Source: Acidobacteria bacterium RIFCSPLOWO2_12_FULL_54_10 (GTDB lineage: Bacteria; Acidobacteriota; Terriglobia; 2-12-FULL-54-10). Taken from it: 64,000 nucleotides of DNA. Made by a program: the position numbers and the translations under genes. Position 1 is the first letter of the stretch, and the number at the start of each line of letters is the position of its first letter. This document shows, one piece after another, positions 49,828 through 60,039 of this stretch. The notes under the pieces are model-generated. The model did no database searches, had not been told where the DNA came from, and saw only the letters and a program-made list of their open reading frames with translations. The stretch is taken from positions 383-64,382 of the forward strand of contig MEKX01000067.1 of NCBI GenBank assembly GCA_001767075.1, read 5' to 3'.

Positions 49828-50843
49828 CACAGAATCAGCCCATCCATACCATTGCCATTATCGGTGCTGGCGGCTGGGGAACTGCTCTTTCCATCGTCCT
49901 CGCGAAAAAAGTGAACACCATCCGGCTTTGGGTTTATGAGCCTGATCTGTGCGCGACAATAGCAACTCAGCGCGCGAACCCAATCTACTTGCCCGGATTT
50001 CTGATTCCTCCGAATGTGACTCCAACGAATAACATTGCAGAAGCGGTAACTGGTTCTGATCTCGTTATCCTTGTGGTTCCTTCTGGGCATCTGCGGGAGG
50101 TTGTGCTGAAGATTGCTCCCTCCATCAAACAAAATCAAATTTTCCTGAGCGCCACAAAAGGTCTGGAACGCCGCACCCATCTGCGCATGAGCGAAGTCAT
50201 CGCAGAAGCCCTGCCACTCGATTTGCATCCACGAATAGCAGTTCTATCAGGCCCTTCCTTCGCTAAGGAAGTCGCCAGTGAACTCCCTGCTGCGGTGGTT
50301 GTTGCTTCTGCCAATTTAGACCTGGCTTCCTTGCTGCAACAGAATTTATCCAGCTCTTCATTGCGCTTATATACGAACACCGACGTCACAGGAGTCGAGC
50401 TAGGCGGCGCGCTCAAAAACATCATCGCCATCGGCGCTGGTCTTTGCGAGGGATTAGGGTTAGGTTCAAATGCTATCGCTGCTCTCATCACCCGCGGACT
50501 TGCCGAAATGACGCGATTGGCCTGTGCATGCGGCGCTCGCAGAGATACCCTCTCCGGGCTTTCCGGCATGGGTGATCTCGTTTTAACCTGCACCGGTGCG
50601 CTCAGCCGCAATCACTGGGTAGGCCTCGAGCTCGGCCGCGGGCGGACCCTCAATGAAATCCTCGCTTCGATGTCTATGGTGGCCGAAGGGATAGAAACTA
50701 CAGCAGCGGCTCGGGACCTTGCCCGCCAGAAGAACGTTACCATGTCCATTGCCGATCAGATTTACTCCGTCCTCTACGAAAATCAGCCTGCTCGCGATGC
50801 AGTGAGCAAGTTAATGGAACGGACCTTGAAAGCGGAGTTTTAA
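49824..50843 (+). CDS. gpsA: NAD(P)H-dependent glycerol-3-phosphate dehydrogenase
   Basis: Rossmann IGAGGWGTALS, GLxxGxNAxAALITRGLAEM. 4-nt overlap with thpR. Confidence 0.9.
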   Translation: MTQNQPIHTIAIIGAGGWGTALSIVLAKKVNTIRLWVYEPDLCATIATQRANPIYLPGFLIPPNVTPTNNIAEAVTGSDLVILVVPSGHLREVVLKIAPSIKQNQIFLSATKGLERRTHLRMSEVIAEALPLDLHPRIAVLSGPSFAKEVASELPAAVVVASANLDLASLLQQNLSSSSLRLYTNTDVTGVELGGALKNIIAIGAGLCEGLGLGSNAIAALITRGLAEMTRLACACGARRDTLSGLSGMGDLVLTCTGALSRNHWVGLELGRGRTLNEILASMSMVAEGIETTAAARDLARQKNVTMSIADQIYSVLYENQPARDAVSKLMERTLKAEF

Positions 50844-50853
50844 TCGCGGTTGG

Positions 50854-51558
50854 TTAATCGCTTATTTGAAAGCCAATCGTTTGTTGCACGGAATCGCCCA
50901 AATAAATTTCCACCTGCCATACTCCTGTTTCTAAACCTGCTTGCAGGGAGAATACTGTTATGGCAATAAACCCGTTCGTTTTCGCGACAATTCTTACAGG
51001 TTCAGCGCGTAATCTCTTTAACTCTCCATCTGGCCCCCTCAAGCGCACGGCATAGGCATTATCCCCAAGTTTTCCACTCCACTGGCTATAGACAACAATC
51101 CTTTTGTCTTCTGTCATCGAAAATGCCGTGCTGGGGTTCGCTGGTTCGGAATCGCGCACATCTTTATAAAGCCCGGCTTGTATTAGTGCCGGTTTTTCCG
51201 CTAGCCAGGGTAAGGTGGTTGTATCCTTGAGGAAACTATACAGAGCAAATAAAATAAATACCGCCGGAACCAAAAACTTTGTCCACGCTGGCGGTTCCAT
51301 GCGCTTGGGCCCATCTGGAGTTGTTTCCGGCTCCATTTCCTCCGGCTCGATATCCCTAACTTCAGGGACCTGCTCTTCAATGGTTTGCTTTCTTGGAGCT
51401 TCTTGAGAACGCCATTGCCTGGGCAAATCTTCTCGCCCGGCGGGTTTATCCGCTTCCTTGATCACTGCCGGTGGACTGGCGCTACGAACTAAAGCTCCGC
51501 AAAAGTTGCAAACAGCACGATCCTTCTGCACGCTCTTGCCGCAAGTTGGGCATTTCAT
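50854..51558 (-). CDS. zinc-ribbon and TM-containing hypothetical protein
   Basis: MKCPTCGK...CNFCG ribbon, Pro/Glu-rich linker, one TM helix, C-terminal domain. Confidence 0.5.
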   Translation of the reverse strand: MKCPTCGKSVQKDRAVCNFCGALVRSASPPAVIKEADKPAGREDLPRQWRSQEAPRKQTIEEQVPEVRDIEPEEMEPETTPDGPKRMEPPAWTKFLVPAVFILFALYSFLKDTTTLPWLAEKPALIQAGLYKDVRDSEPANPSTAFSMTEDKRIVVYSQWSGKLGDNAYAVRLRGPDGELKRLRAEPVRIVAKTNGFIAITVFSLQAGLETGVWQVEIYLGDSVQQTIGFQISD

Positions 51559-51631
51559 CGAATCTTCACCTGATTCCTTTGCATTAGCTTCCCTATGCTA
51601 CAATTTTGCATTATCGGTCGTCGAGTATCTT

Positions 51632-53929
51632 ATGAAAATCCTTCACCGGCAGTTTCTCAAAGAAGTCGCAGCTCACGGACTGCTGGGACTCATACTTTTT
51701 ACTTCTGTTCTTTTTCTGCGGGACACCACTCGCTTGTTGGAATTGCTTTTGCGTGAAACCGCCGTATGGCAGGACTTGGTTTCGCTGTTGCTGATGGCAT
51801 TCCCTCCTTTATTGACCTTTACGGTCCCGGTAGCTGTTGTTGTGGGTTTGGCGGTGACGCTCAGCCGCATGGCGAGTAATAATGAAATCACCGCGATGCG
51901 CGCCTGCGGTTTAGGTGTCAGGAGCTTAGCCCTGCCTGTCAGTATCGTCATAACCATCGGTTGCATCTCCGGAGTCATTCTTTCGGTGTGGCTTGCTCCA
52001 TTAGCAAGTCAAAAGAGAGTAGAGGTCGAACGGCGCATTGGCCTCCGCCAGATTCCCTTGCGGTTGCAGCCGCGGGTCTTTGAAGAGAATTTCCCAAACT
52101 ATATTCTCTACGTTCGCGACGTCACTAGCGGTTCGAATCCTCTTTGGAAGGGCATTTTTCTAGCCGATGTCTCAAATCCTCAAAAACCCAAGGTGATTCT
52201 GGCAAATGATGGATATCTTCTCAGCAATCCTGAGGAGAACAGATTTCAGCTTCATTTATTGAATGGAAGCAGTCACGAGATCGGCGGATCGCCGGACGAA
52301 TATTCTATCGTCACATTTTCGGAGATGGATTTACCCGTCAACATTCCGCCACCGCAAGTTCCATCCGTGAAACCTATCGGACGAAGGGCTACTCCAGAAC
52401 TTCACGCAGTGTCACCCAATGCCCCGGATTGGCTGGATGCAAACATTGAATTCCACCGGCGTTTTGCGCTCCCCATCGCGGCGCTTTCTCTCGCCTTAGT
52501 CGCAATTTCCTTCAGCCTCTTTTCCATTCGGGGTGGAAAATCTTCCGGCATGGTGCTGACCGTTCTGATGGTCCTGGTCTATTACACGATTTTCACCGGC
52601 GGCATCAGCATGGCTCGCCAGCAAGTGGTCCCTCCTTGGATTGGGGTTTGGGGCGCAAATTTCCTGTTCGGCTTGCTCGGCATCATTTTATTAATGCGCG
52701 CTGACCGCATAAACTTCTCGATGGATTGGTACGAACGAATTGCCAACCTTCCCGCTACTGCATCCGCATACTTTTATCGCATATATCGGCGCGATCCCCT
52801 GTCTGTCCAAACTCTGCCTCACTTCCGGCCAAACATTCGGCGAACACTGGACCGCTATGTGGCGAAAAGTTTTCTTGCCTATCTGGCTATCATCCTTTCA
52901 GCCCTCGTTTTGCTGACCGAGATCGTTACTTTCTTTTTGGACTTACTGAATGACGTGTTGAAAAATCAAATTCCCGCCAGCATGGTTTTCAGCTACTTCT
53001 TCCATCTGACGCCTTATCTCATTTATGCAACCATGCCATTGGCCGTGCTGGTAGCGGTCCTGGTCAGTATCGGCATCCTGAATCAGCGCAACGAAATCGT
53101 TGCCGCAAAAGCTTCGGGTATCAGCGTGTACCGCTTGGCTATGCCCATTTTTGTTCTTGCCGCTGGTCTTGGATCATTGCTTTTTCTGTTTGAGCATTTC
53201 TATGTGCCGTCCGCGAATCGAGTCCAGGACGCGATTCGAAACCGCATCAAAGGCAGGCCTGCTCAAACCTATTTGCGCCCAGACCAACGATGGATCATGG
53301 GTGAAGATTCCAGAATTTATTATTCCAATTTTTTCGCGCCAGAGGAAAACGTTATGGGTGGGGTCACGGTCTTTGAGATGGACCGGGAGAATTTTTCTCT
53401 TACTCGCCTCATATCAGCCTCCAGAGCAACTTGGGAGCCTTCTTTGTCTGGATGGATTTTCCAGTCAGGCTGGGTCCGGGAATTTGACCAAAACGCAGTG
53501 GTCCATTTCAATGATTTCCGCGTACAGCTTTTTCAGGACTTGCACGAGCCTCCTTCGTATTTCCTCAAGGAAGTCAAACAGTCCATCCAGATGAATTTTA
53601 TAGAGCTTGGGCGTTACATCCAGGAACTTCGCCAAAGTGGGTTTGATGTCACTTCACTCTCCGTGCAGTTTCACAAGAAGTTTTCCTTCCCTGCTTTTAC
53701 GCTGATCATGGCCTTGATCGGTTTGCCATTTGCTGTTTCCAACGAGAGAAAGGGCGCCGTTACTGGCGTTGCCGTTGCTTTGGGCATCGCTTTAGTTTAT
53801 TGGGGCGCCAGCAGTCTTGCCGAGGCTTTGGGAAATCTGAACGAACTGCCCCCGGTTTTAGCCGCATGGTCACCAAATCTTCTTTTTGGCCTCGGCGGAA
53901 TTTATCTATTCTTAAAGATTAAAACTTAA
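51632..53929 (+). CDS. fused LptF-LptG-like permease (YjgP/YjgQ family duplicated)
   Basis: Two consecutive LptF/LptG-like modules, each with N-terminal TM helices, a periplasmic beta-jellyroll region and C-terminal TM helices. Second module starts near YRRDPLSVQ...RYVAKSFLAYL. ATG at 51632 chosen to avoid overlap with the convergent gene. Confidence 0.7.
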   Translation: MKILHRQFLKEVAAHGLLGLILFTSVLFLRDTTRLLELLLRETAVWQDLVSLLLMAFPPLLTFTVPVAVVVGLAVTLSRMASNNEITAMRACGLGVRSLALPVSIVITIGCISGVILSVWLAPLASQKRVEVERRIGLRQIPLRLQPRVFEENFPNYILYVRDVTSGSNPLWKGIFLADVSNPQKPKVILANDGYLLSNPEENRFQLHLLNGSSHEIGGSPDEYSIVTFSEMDLPVNIPPPQVPSVKPIGRRATPELHAVSPNAPDWLDANIEFHRRFALPIAALSLALVAISFSLFSIRGGKSSGMVLTVLMVLVYYTIFTGGISMARQQVVPPWIGVWGANFLFGLLGIILLMRADRINFSMDWYERIANLPATASAYFYRIYRRDPLSVQTLPHFRPNIRRTLDRYVAKSFLAYLAIILSALVLLTEIVTFFLDLLNDVLKNQIPASMVFSYFFHLTPYLIYATMPLAVLVAVLVSIGILNQRNEIVAAKASGISVYRLAMPIFVLAAGLGSLLFLFEHFYVPSANRVQDAIRNRIKGRPAQTYLRPDQRWIMGEDSRIYYSNFFAPEENVMGGVTVFEMDRENFSLTRLISASRATWEPSLSGWIFQSGWVREFDQNAVVHFNDFRVQLFQDLHEPPSYFLKEVKQSIQMNFIELGRYIQELRQSGFDVTSLSVQFHKKFSFPAFTLIMALIGLPFAVSNERKGAVTGVAVALGIALVYWGASSLAEALGNLNELPPVLAAWSPNLLFGLGGIYLFLKIKT

Positions 53930-54018
53930 TTCACTTCCAGTGGTTGACCATCATCGACAAAAAATGGGAGCCTCTTGCGAAGCTCCCTTATCCAGCAATC
54001 GTTGCTTTGACGTAGTGC

Positions 54019-55920
54019 TCAGTATTGCGGTGATTTGTAAACCGTCTTGCCTCCCAGCGATGTCAGAAGCGTCTTGATCGTCTTGATCTGGTCTGACGGA
54101 ATCGTGAAGTAGTCCTTGTCGATCACGATAAAGTCGGCCAGTTTCCCGACCTCCAGCGACCCGATGTTCTTTTCATTAAACAACTGCTCGGCGCCCCAGA
54201 TCGTTGCCGCTTTCATCAAGTCGGTGCGGTCCATGGATTCGCGCACATTGTACGTCAATCCATCGTGCGGCATCTTTCGGCTTACAAAGAACTCGATGAA
54301 GCCCCAGATGTTCCCATCCCACTGCTCTGGATAGTCCATATCCTTCGCGTAGTATGCCACTTTGTTCAAATGAGCATCGGTATTGAATACCGGGTGCCCG
54401 CCGGCATCCTGGTAGCTCTTCATCGGCGCCATCCAGGTCATCACCTGTTCCCCGTAAACCTTCAGGAACTCGCCGCCCTTGATGTTGCCCTGCACTTGGT
54501 ATCCATTAAATGCCGGCATCACGCCGTAATCGGCCAATCGCTTGATATGATCCGGACGAATGATCGGGTTGTGCTCCGTGCCGATGCGCAGCTCCCGCAC
54601 CTGTGCCACGGTCATTCTGCCGCTTTTCACTTCCTCATCCAGCAATTTCAACAAGGAGTCGTAGGTGCCATCACTGTACGTATGCAGAAAGCTCAGTCTC
54701 AGGCCCGATTGAATGGCTGATTTGACCTGTTCGAAACCCGCTGCTGCATTGTAATCGGTTGGCTGAGCGTTGCAATCCCGGCGAATTCCACTCGGTGCGT
54801 TCGGGTTGATCGGCTTTGATGTCGTGCAGGTTAAGCCAGATTCCCAACCTTCGTTGGAAACACCAGCGTTCCAAATGTAGTCATTGCCAATGCCTCTGAA
54901 ATCGCCTACATTTCGGTAAAAGAACGCTAACCCCCCGCCTGGTTGATTTACTTCCGGCTGATTACCCCACAGCGTTCCCAGGTACCAGCCCCAGCGGACC
55001 GGCATCTCGCCGCTCTGATAGAGCAGATTGTAGGTCTTCATGATGGATGGCGACCCGTAATAGTGATTCCCGAACGTGGTCACGCCTTGCGCCGATACGC
55101 ATTCCAGAAGTTCACGCTTCAGGAAGTCAACTTTTTCCGTCTCGCGTCCTTTCATCAGGATGTCGAAGACCGTCGCTGTGCGCGCCGTCAACCCCGCCGC
55201 TTCCCAACCCAATATTTTCAGGAACTCGTCTTTCGCTTTCGTATTGTGTGCTTCCGGGCCGATGGCTTCGCTGCTGAATACCAGCAACGGATTATTCGGC
55301 GAAAGGGTGTCCAGATATTCGCGTGTTATCGTTCCGCTGCTCCCGTCCTGCTGGCGAAACAGCGCATGGACGATCTTCCGTGATTCCGGCAGTGTTTTGC
55401 CGCCGAATACCGATGCCCAAATCCATTTGCCTGGCCCCATTTGCGCAGCCCGGTCGCGAACCCCTTTTTCCAGGTTCCTCAATACCTCAGCCTGCTCGGT
55501 GCCTAACGCATAAGTGATCTTCAGTTGCGGATCGTTATATCGCTTGGAGGTTGCCTCGCCTTCCGATCCCAGCCAGTGTTCCACTGCCCACAGATGCGGA
55601 TGCGTGTGCCCGTCAATCAATCCGGGCAGAACAATGCGCCCTTTCGCATCTACTACTTCCGTATTCGGTCCTGCTAAAAATCGCATTTCATCGTTCGTTC
55701 CACGGGCGATAATGCGATTATTTTTCACCGCAAATGCTTGCACTTGCGTGTTGCTGTTGTCCATGGTGTGAACTCGCCCATTCACCACAACCAGTTCCGG
55801 ATACGCTTTCAGTAAATCCAGCTTTCTTGTCGCATCGTCTTGCGCTTGCAGCAGCACTGGCATCAGTAAAGCAAACATCGCCCAAGCCGCTTGATATAAT
55901 TTCCAATTCTTTCTTATCAT
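54019..55920 (-). CDS. secreted amidohydrolase-3 family hydrolase, tandem paralogue 1
   Basis: Start MIRKNWK preceded by AAGGGGG. Signal peptide ...LLMPVLLQAQ. HxH PGLIDGHTHPHLW. C-terminal NTDAHL and GKLADFIVIDKDYFTIP blocks. Confidence 0.8.
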   Translation of the reverse strand: MIRKNWKLYQAAWAMFALLMPVLLQAQDDATRKLDLLKAYPELVVVNGRVHTMDNSNTQVQAFAVKNNRIIARGTNDEMRFLAGPNTEVVDAKGRIVLPGLIDGHTHPHLWAVEHWLGSEGEATSKRYNDPQLKITYALGTEQAEVLRNLEKGVRDRAAQMGPGKWIWASVFGGKTLPESRKIVHALFRQQDGSSGTITREYLDTLSPNNPLLVFSSEAIGPEAHNTKAKDEFLKILGWEAAGLTARTATVFDILMKGRETEKVDFLKRELLECVSAQGVTTFGNHYYGSPSIMKTYNLLYQSGEMPVRWGWYLGTLWGNQPEVNQPGGGLAFFYRNVGDFRGIGNDYIWNAGVSNEGWESGLTCTTSKPINPNAPSGIRRDCNAQPTDYNAAAGFEQVKSAIQSGLRLSFLHTYSDGTYDSLLKLLDEEVKSGRMTVAQVRELRIGTEHNPIIRPDHIKRLADYGVMPAFNGYQVQGNIKGGEFLKVYGEQVMTWMAPMKSYQDAGGHPVFNTDAHLNKVAYYAKDMDYPEQWDGNIWGFIEFFVSRKMPHDGLTYNVRESMDRTDLMKAATIWGAEQLFNEKNIGSLEVGKLADFIVIDKDYFTIPSDQIKTIKTLLTSLGGKTVYKSPQY

Positions 55921-56015
55921 CTGCGCCCCCTTATATAAATTCCTGAAATGCTTAGGGCAGAATGACCGTTGTGAATTCGGCATTCTGCCCTAAGAAATTA
56001 ATTAAAAGCTAACTC

Positions 56016-57941
56016 CTAATAAGCAGCATCCTTGTAGACCGTCTTGCCTCCCACGGATGTGAGCAGCGTTTTGATGGTTTTGATCTGATCGCCAGGAATC
56101 GTGAAGTAATCCTTGTCGATCACGATAAAGTCGGCGAGTTTCCCGACTTCCAGCGACCCGATGTTCTTTTCGTTCAAGAGCTGCTCGGCGCCCCAGATCG
56201 TCGCGGCCTTCATCAGGTCCGTGCGATCCATGGCTTCGTCGCGGTTGTAGTAAAGCCCGTCGTTGGGCATTCTGCGTGTAACGAAAAACTCGATGAACCC
56301 CCAGATATTGCCATTCCATTCTTCTGGATAGTCCATGTCCTTTGCGAAATAAGGCACCTTGCCCAGATGCGCATCCGTATTAAAGACCGGCTTGCCGCCG
56401 TCTTTCAGGTAGGTCTTCATCGGAGCCATCCAGGTCATCACCTGTTCCCCGTAGACTTTCAGGAATTCTCCGCCCTTGATGTCGCCCTGCACCTGATATC
56501 CATTGAATGCCGGCATCATGTTGTAATCCGCCATCCTCTTGAGCTGGTCAGGCCGGATCATGGGGTTGTGTTCGGTACCGATCCGCAAAGCGCGAATCTG
56601 GTCCTTGGTAACCTTGCCGCCAGCCACTGCATCGTCGAGAAGCTTCAGGAGCGAATCGTATGTCCCGTCACTGTAAGTGTGCAGGAAGCTGATGCGCAAA
56701 CCATTTTCCACGGCAGCTTTCACATTTTGATAACCGCCTGCCTTCTCATATTCCGTCGGCTGACTGCCGCAATCGCGCCGCACTCCGCTTTGTGCATTCG
56801 GGTTGATTGGTTTGACCGTCGTGCAGGAAAGTCCCGACTCCCAGGCTTCATTCGACACGCCTGCATTCCAAATGTAATCATTGCCGATGCCCCGGAAATC
56901 GCCCACGTTGCGGTAGAAAAAGTTCAGGTCGCCGCTGTCGTTGCCTGTCGTGTTTATACCAGCTTCCAGTTGGTTGCCCCACAGCGTTCCCAGGAACCAC
57001 GCCCACCGTACCGGCAATTCATTGCGGGACACGAGCAAGTTGTACGTCTTCATGATGGAGGGCGAGCCGTAGTAATGGTTCCCGAAAGTGGTTACGCCCT
57101 GCGGCACCACGCACTCCAGCAGTTCCCGCTTCAGGAAATCCACTTTGTCGTTGTCCCTGCCCTTCAGCAGAATGTCGTATAGAAGAGACGTCCGGGTGGT
57201 TAATCCTGCAGCTTCGTACCCTATCATGCGGATGAATTCGTCCTTTGCCCTGGTGTTGTGCACTTCCGGACCAATTGCCTCGCTGCTGTGCATCAGCATC
57301 GGGTTATTCGGAGCTATCGTATCCAGATACTGCCGCGTCAGAGTGCCGGACTGCCCTCCCGCTTGTTGAAACAGCGGGTAAGTCATTTTGCGTGACTCAG
57401 GAATGTTTTTGCCTCCGAAAGCCGTCACCCAAATCCATTTGCCTGGTCCCACGGCCTGAATTCTCTCCCGTGCCACGCGCTCTATATTTCGCAGAACTTC
57501 TGTGGGGTCGTTGCCCATCGCATATCCAATCTGCAATTGCGGATCGTTGTACCGCTTGGCTGTCGCGTCGCCCACGCCGCCCAGCCAGTGCTCCACGGCC
57601 CACAGGTGCGGGTGCGTATGGCCATCAATTAGCCCCGGCAGCACGATCCGTCCCTTGGCGTCGACCACTTCTGTCTTCGGTCCCGCCAAGAATCGCATCT
57701 CATCGTTTGTTCCGCGGGCGATAATGCGATTGTTTTTTACCGCAAATGCCTGCACCTGCGTATTGCTGTTGTCCATCGTGTGAATGCGCCCGTTCACTAC
57801 AATCAATTCTGGATAAGCATTCAGCAGTTCCAGCTTTCTCGCTGCATCCTGCTGTGCTGCCATCCTCCCCGGCAACGCTAGTACAACCAGCGCCACCACC
57901 AGGGCAAAACGCCAAATCATATTCCGATACCTGCTATGCAT
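56016..57941 (-). CDS. secreted amidohydrolase-3 family hydrolase, tandem paralogue 2
   Basis: Start MHSRYRN preceded by AAGGAGGAAATC. ~80-90% identical to paralogue 1 over long stretches. Confidence 0.8.
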   Translation of the reverse strand: MHSRYRNMIWRFALVVALVVLALPGRMAAQQDAARKLELLNAYPELIVVNGRIHTMDNSNTQVQAFAVKNNRIIARGTNDEMRFLAGPKTEVVDAKGRIVLPGLIDGHTHPHLWAVEHWLGGVGDATAKRYNDPQLQIGYAMGNDPTEVLRNIERVARERIQAVGPGKWIWVTAFGGKNIPESRKMTYPLFQQAGGQSGTLTRQYLDTIAPNNPMLMHSSEAIGPEVHNTRAKDEFIRMIGYEAAGLTTRTSLLYDILLKGRDNDKVDFLKRELLECVVPQGVTTFGNHYYGSPSIMKTYNLLVSRNELPVRWAWFLGTLWGNQLEAGINTTGNDSGDLNFFYRNVGDFRGIGNDYIWNAGVSNEAWESGLSCTTVKPINPNAQSGVRRDCGSQPTEYEKAGGYQNVKAAVENGLRISFLHTYSDGTYDSLLKLLDDAVAGGKVTKDQIRALRIGTEHNPMIRPDQLKRMADYNMMPAFNGYQVQGDIKGGEFLKVYGEQVMTWMAPMKTYLKDGGKPVFNTDAHLGKVPYFAKDMDYPEEWNGNIWGFIEFFVTRRMPNDGLYYNRDEAMDRTDLMKAATIWGAEQLLNEKNIGSLEVGKLADFIVIDKDYFTIPGDQIKTIKTLLTSVGGKTVYKDAAY

Positions 57942-58023
57942 GATTTCCTCCTTATGATTTTCCGTGCGGGAAGCCGCAAATTTCAATTTGCTATTCCCGC
58001 ATATTAACTTGTTCCGAAACTAT

Positions 58024-59955
58024 TTAGAAGTTCGCGTCTTTGTACATGACTTTGCCGCCGACCGCCGTCAGTATCGTTTTGATGCTTCCAATATCGTCAG
58101 CGGGAATCGTGAAATAATCTTTATCGATGACGATAAAGTCAGCCAGTTTCCCGACTTCCAGCGAGCCGATGTTCTTCTCATTCATGGCCCCTTCCGCTCC
58201 CCAGATCGTTGCCGACTTCATCAACCGTTCCTTGTCCAATGCTTCGCCCCTCGCATAGGTAATGCCGTCATGCGGCATCGTCCGGGTTGCGAAGAACTCC
58301 ATGAACCCCCAGATGGTGCCGTCCCATTGCTCTGGATAGTCCATGTCTTTGTAGTGCACCGGGATGTTCTTGCCCAGATGCGCATCGGTATTGAAAACTA
58401 CGCGCACTCCGGCATCGGCCATGGATTTCATCGGTGCCATCCAGTTCATATATTGCTCGCCGTAGGACTTCAGAAATGCGCCGCCCTTGATGTCTCCTTG
58501 CACCTGATAACCATTAAAGGCAGGCATGACGTTGTACTTCGCGAAATCGGCAAATTGATTGGGCCGGATGATCGGGTTGTGCTCCGTGCTGACCCGCAGC
58601 GCGCGAATCTCTTCCAGCGTCATTCTGCCGGATGTCACTTCATCACTTAGCATTTTAAACAATGCATCGTAAGTTCCGTCGCTATAGCCGTGCATGAAGG
58701 CGATTCTCAAACCGCTTTGCAGTCCGGCTTTCACGCTCTTGTAGCCTGTTTTCTCATCATAGTTGATTGCCGCTTTTGCGCAATCCAGTCTTACGCCGTC
58801 TGCTACGCTCCGTCCAGTTCCTTGCGCTGCCACATTCGGCAGAGGCGTGGCTGTCGTGCAGGTCAGTCCCCCTTCCCAGCCTTCGTTGGTGATTCCTGCG
58901 TTCCAGAAATAATCGCCGCCTATGCCGCGGAAGTCTCCGGTCTCTTGGCTGAACGCGCGGATGATGGCATCGGTAATTTCAGGTTTATCCTTGTCGTATT
59001 TACTCACTATGTTCCCAGCGCCGGGCACATAGTATGCGAAACGCACCGGCATGTCGTCATTCTGATGCAGCACATTGAACGCCTTCGTAATTAACGTGGA
59101 GCGGTCGAATCGGTCGCCGAACGTCGTGACGCCCGCCTCGGCGATGCATTCCAGCATTTCCTGCTTCAGAATTTCCGCTTGCTCTTTCCACCGTCCGCGC
59201 ATCAGGATTTCAAACGGGATCACCGTCCGGGCAATAATGCCGGTCGCCTCGTAACCGACAATCCGGTCCATCTCCTGCTTCGCCTTCGTGTTGTTCTGTG
59301 ATGGTCCGATCGCTTCGGTCGCGATCAGCGATACCGGATTGTTCGGCGCCAGCGCATCCAAAAACTGCGTGGTAATCGGCGCTGAGCTGCCCAGCGACGC
59401 AAACAACGGACTGGCAATCCTGCGCGATTCCGGAATGCTCTTGCCTCCGAATACCTTCATCATGATCCATTTGCCAGGGCCCATTTCCTGCGCGCGATTG
59501 CGGATGCCTTGTTCGATAGACCGCAGAACCTCCGCTTCGGTGTTCCCTAGCGCCGCAGTATATTTCAATTGCGGGTCGTTATATTTCTTCGAGGTGGCTT
59601 CTCCTTCGGCTCCGAACCAGTGCTCCGATCCCCACAGATAAGGATGCGTATGCCCGTCGATCAAGCCGGGCAGCACGGCCCGCCCCTTGGCGTCGATCAC
59701 CTGGGTTTGCGGACCAGCCAGGAAACGGATTTCGTCGTTGGTTCCCAGCGCCAGGATGCGGTTGCTGCGCACGGCCATGGCCTGCACCTGCCTCATCTGC
59801 CCGTCAATCGTGTAAATCTTGCCGTTCACGACAATCACTTCTGGATATGCTTTCAGTAGTTCCAGCTTTCTGTTCGCGTCCTGGCTGTATCCGGCAGTCG
59901 CAACAATAACCAACAGCGCAAACAGCAGGCTTGTGTGTCTAATATTGCCTTTCAT
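58024..59955 (-). CDS. secreted amidohydrolase-3 family hydrolase, tandem paralogue 3
   Basis: Signal peptide LLFALLVIVATAGYSQ. HxH PGLIDGHTHPYLW. SD GAGGGAGAG upstream. Confidence 0.8.
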   Translation of the reverse strand: MKGNIRHTSLLFALLVIVATAGYSQDANRKLELLKAYPEVIVVNGKIYTIDGQMRQVQAMAVRSNRILALGTNDEIRFLAGPQTQVIDAKGRAVLPGLIDGHTHPYLWGSEHWFGAEGEATSKKYNDPQLKYTAALGNTEAEVLRSIEQGIRNRAQEMGPGKWIMMKVFGGKSIPESRRIASPLFASLGSSAPITTQFLDALAPNNPVSLIATEAIGPSQNNTKAKQEMDRIVGYEATGIIARTVIPFEILMRGRWKEQAEILKQEMLECIAEAGVTTFGDRFDRSTLITKAFNVLHQNDDMPVRFAYYVPGAGNIVSKYDKDKPEITDAIIRAFSQETGDFRGIGGDYFWNAGITNEGWEGGLTCTTATPLPNVAAQGTGRSVADGVRLDCAKAAINYDEKTGYKSVKAGLQSGLRIAFMHGYSDGTYDALFKMLSDEVTSGRMTLEEIRALRVSTEHNPIIRPNQFADFAKYNVMPAFNGYQVQGDIKGGAFLKSYGEQYMNWMAPMKSMADAGVRVVFNTDAHLGKNIPVHYKDMDYPEQWDGTIWGFMEFFATRTMPHDGITYARGEALDKERLMKSATIWGAEGAMNEKNIGSLEVGKLADFIVIDKDYFTIPADDIGSIKTILTAVGGKVMYKDANF

Positions 59956-60039
59956 ATTTTCTCTCCCTCTTTTCTCATGAAAACATTTTTGCCAGCGTCA
60001 AACGCTGGTTTCTACAAACGCTATGACTTTGAAATGCTC

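Noticed and set aside
51458-51631. ORF-track 5' extension of the lptFG gene (start at 51458)
   Set aside because: It overlaps the convergent zinc-ribbon membrane gene (50854..51558) by 100 nt. The internal ATG at 51632 gives the canonical MKILHRQFL LptF/G N-terminus.
56367-57724. Long antisense ORFs inside the amidohydrolase paralogues (e.g. 56367..57182 + 271 aa, 57245..57724 +, 58690..59094 +, 60595..61215 +, 61352..61954 -) that recur in several copies
   Set aside because: They lie wholly within and opposite to well-supported coding genes. Their recurrence is a by-product of paralogy and GC-rich third positions, and they have low-complexity Arg/Pro/Ala-rich translations. They are not independent genes.
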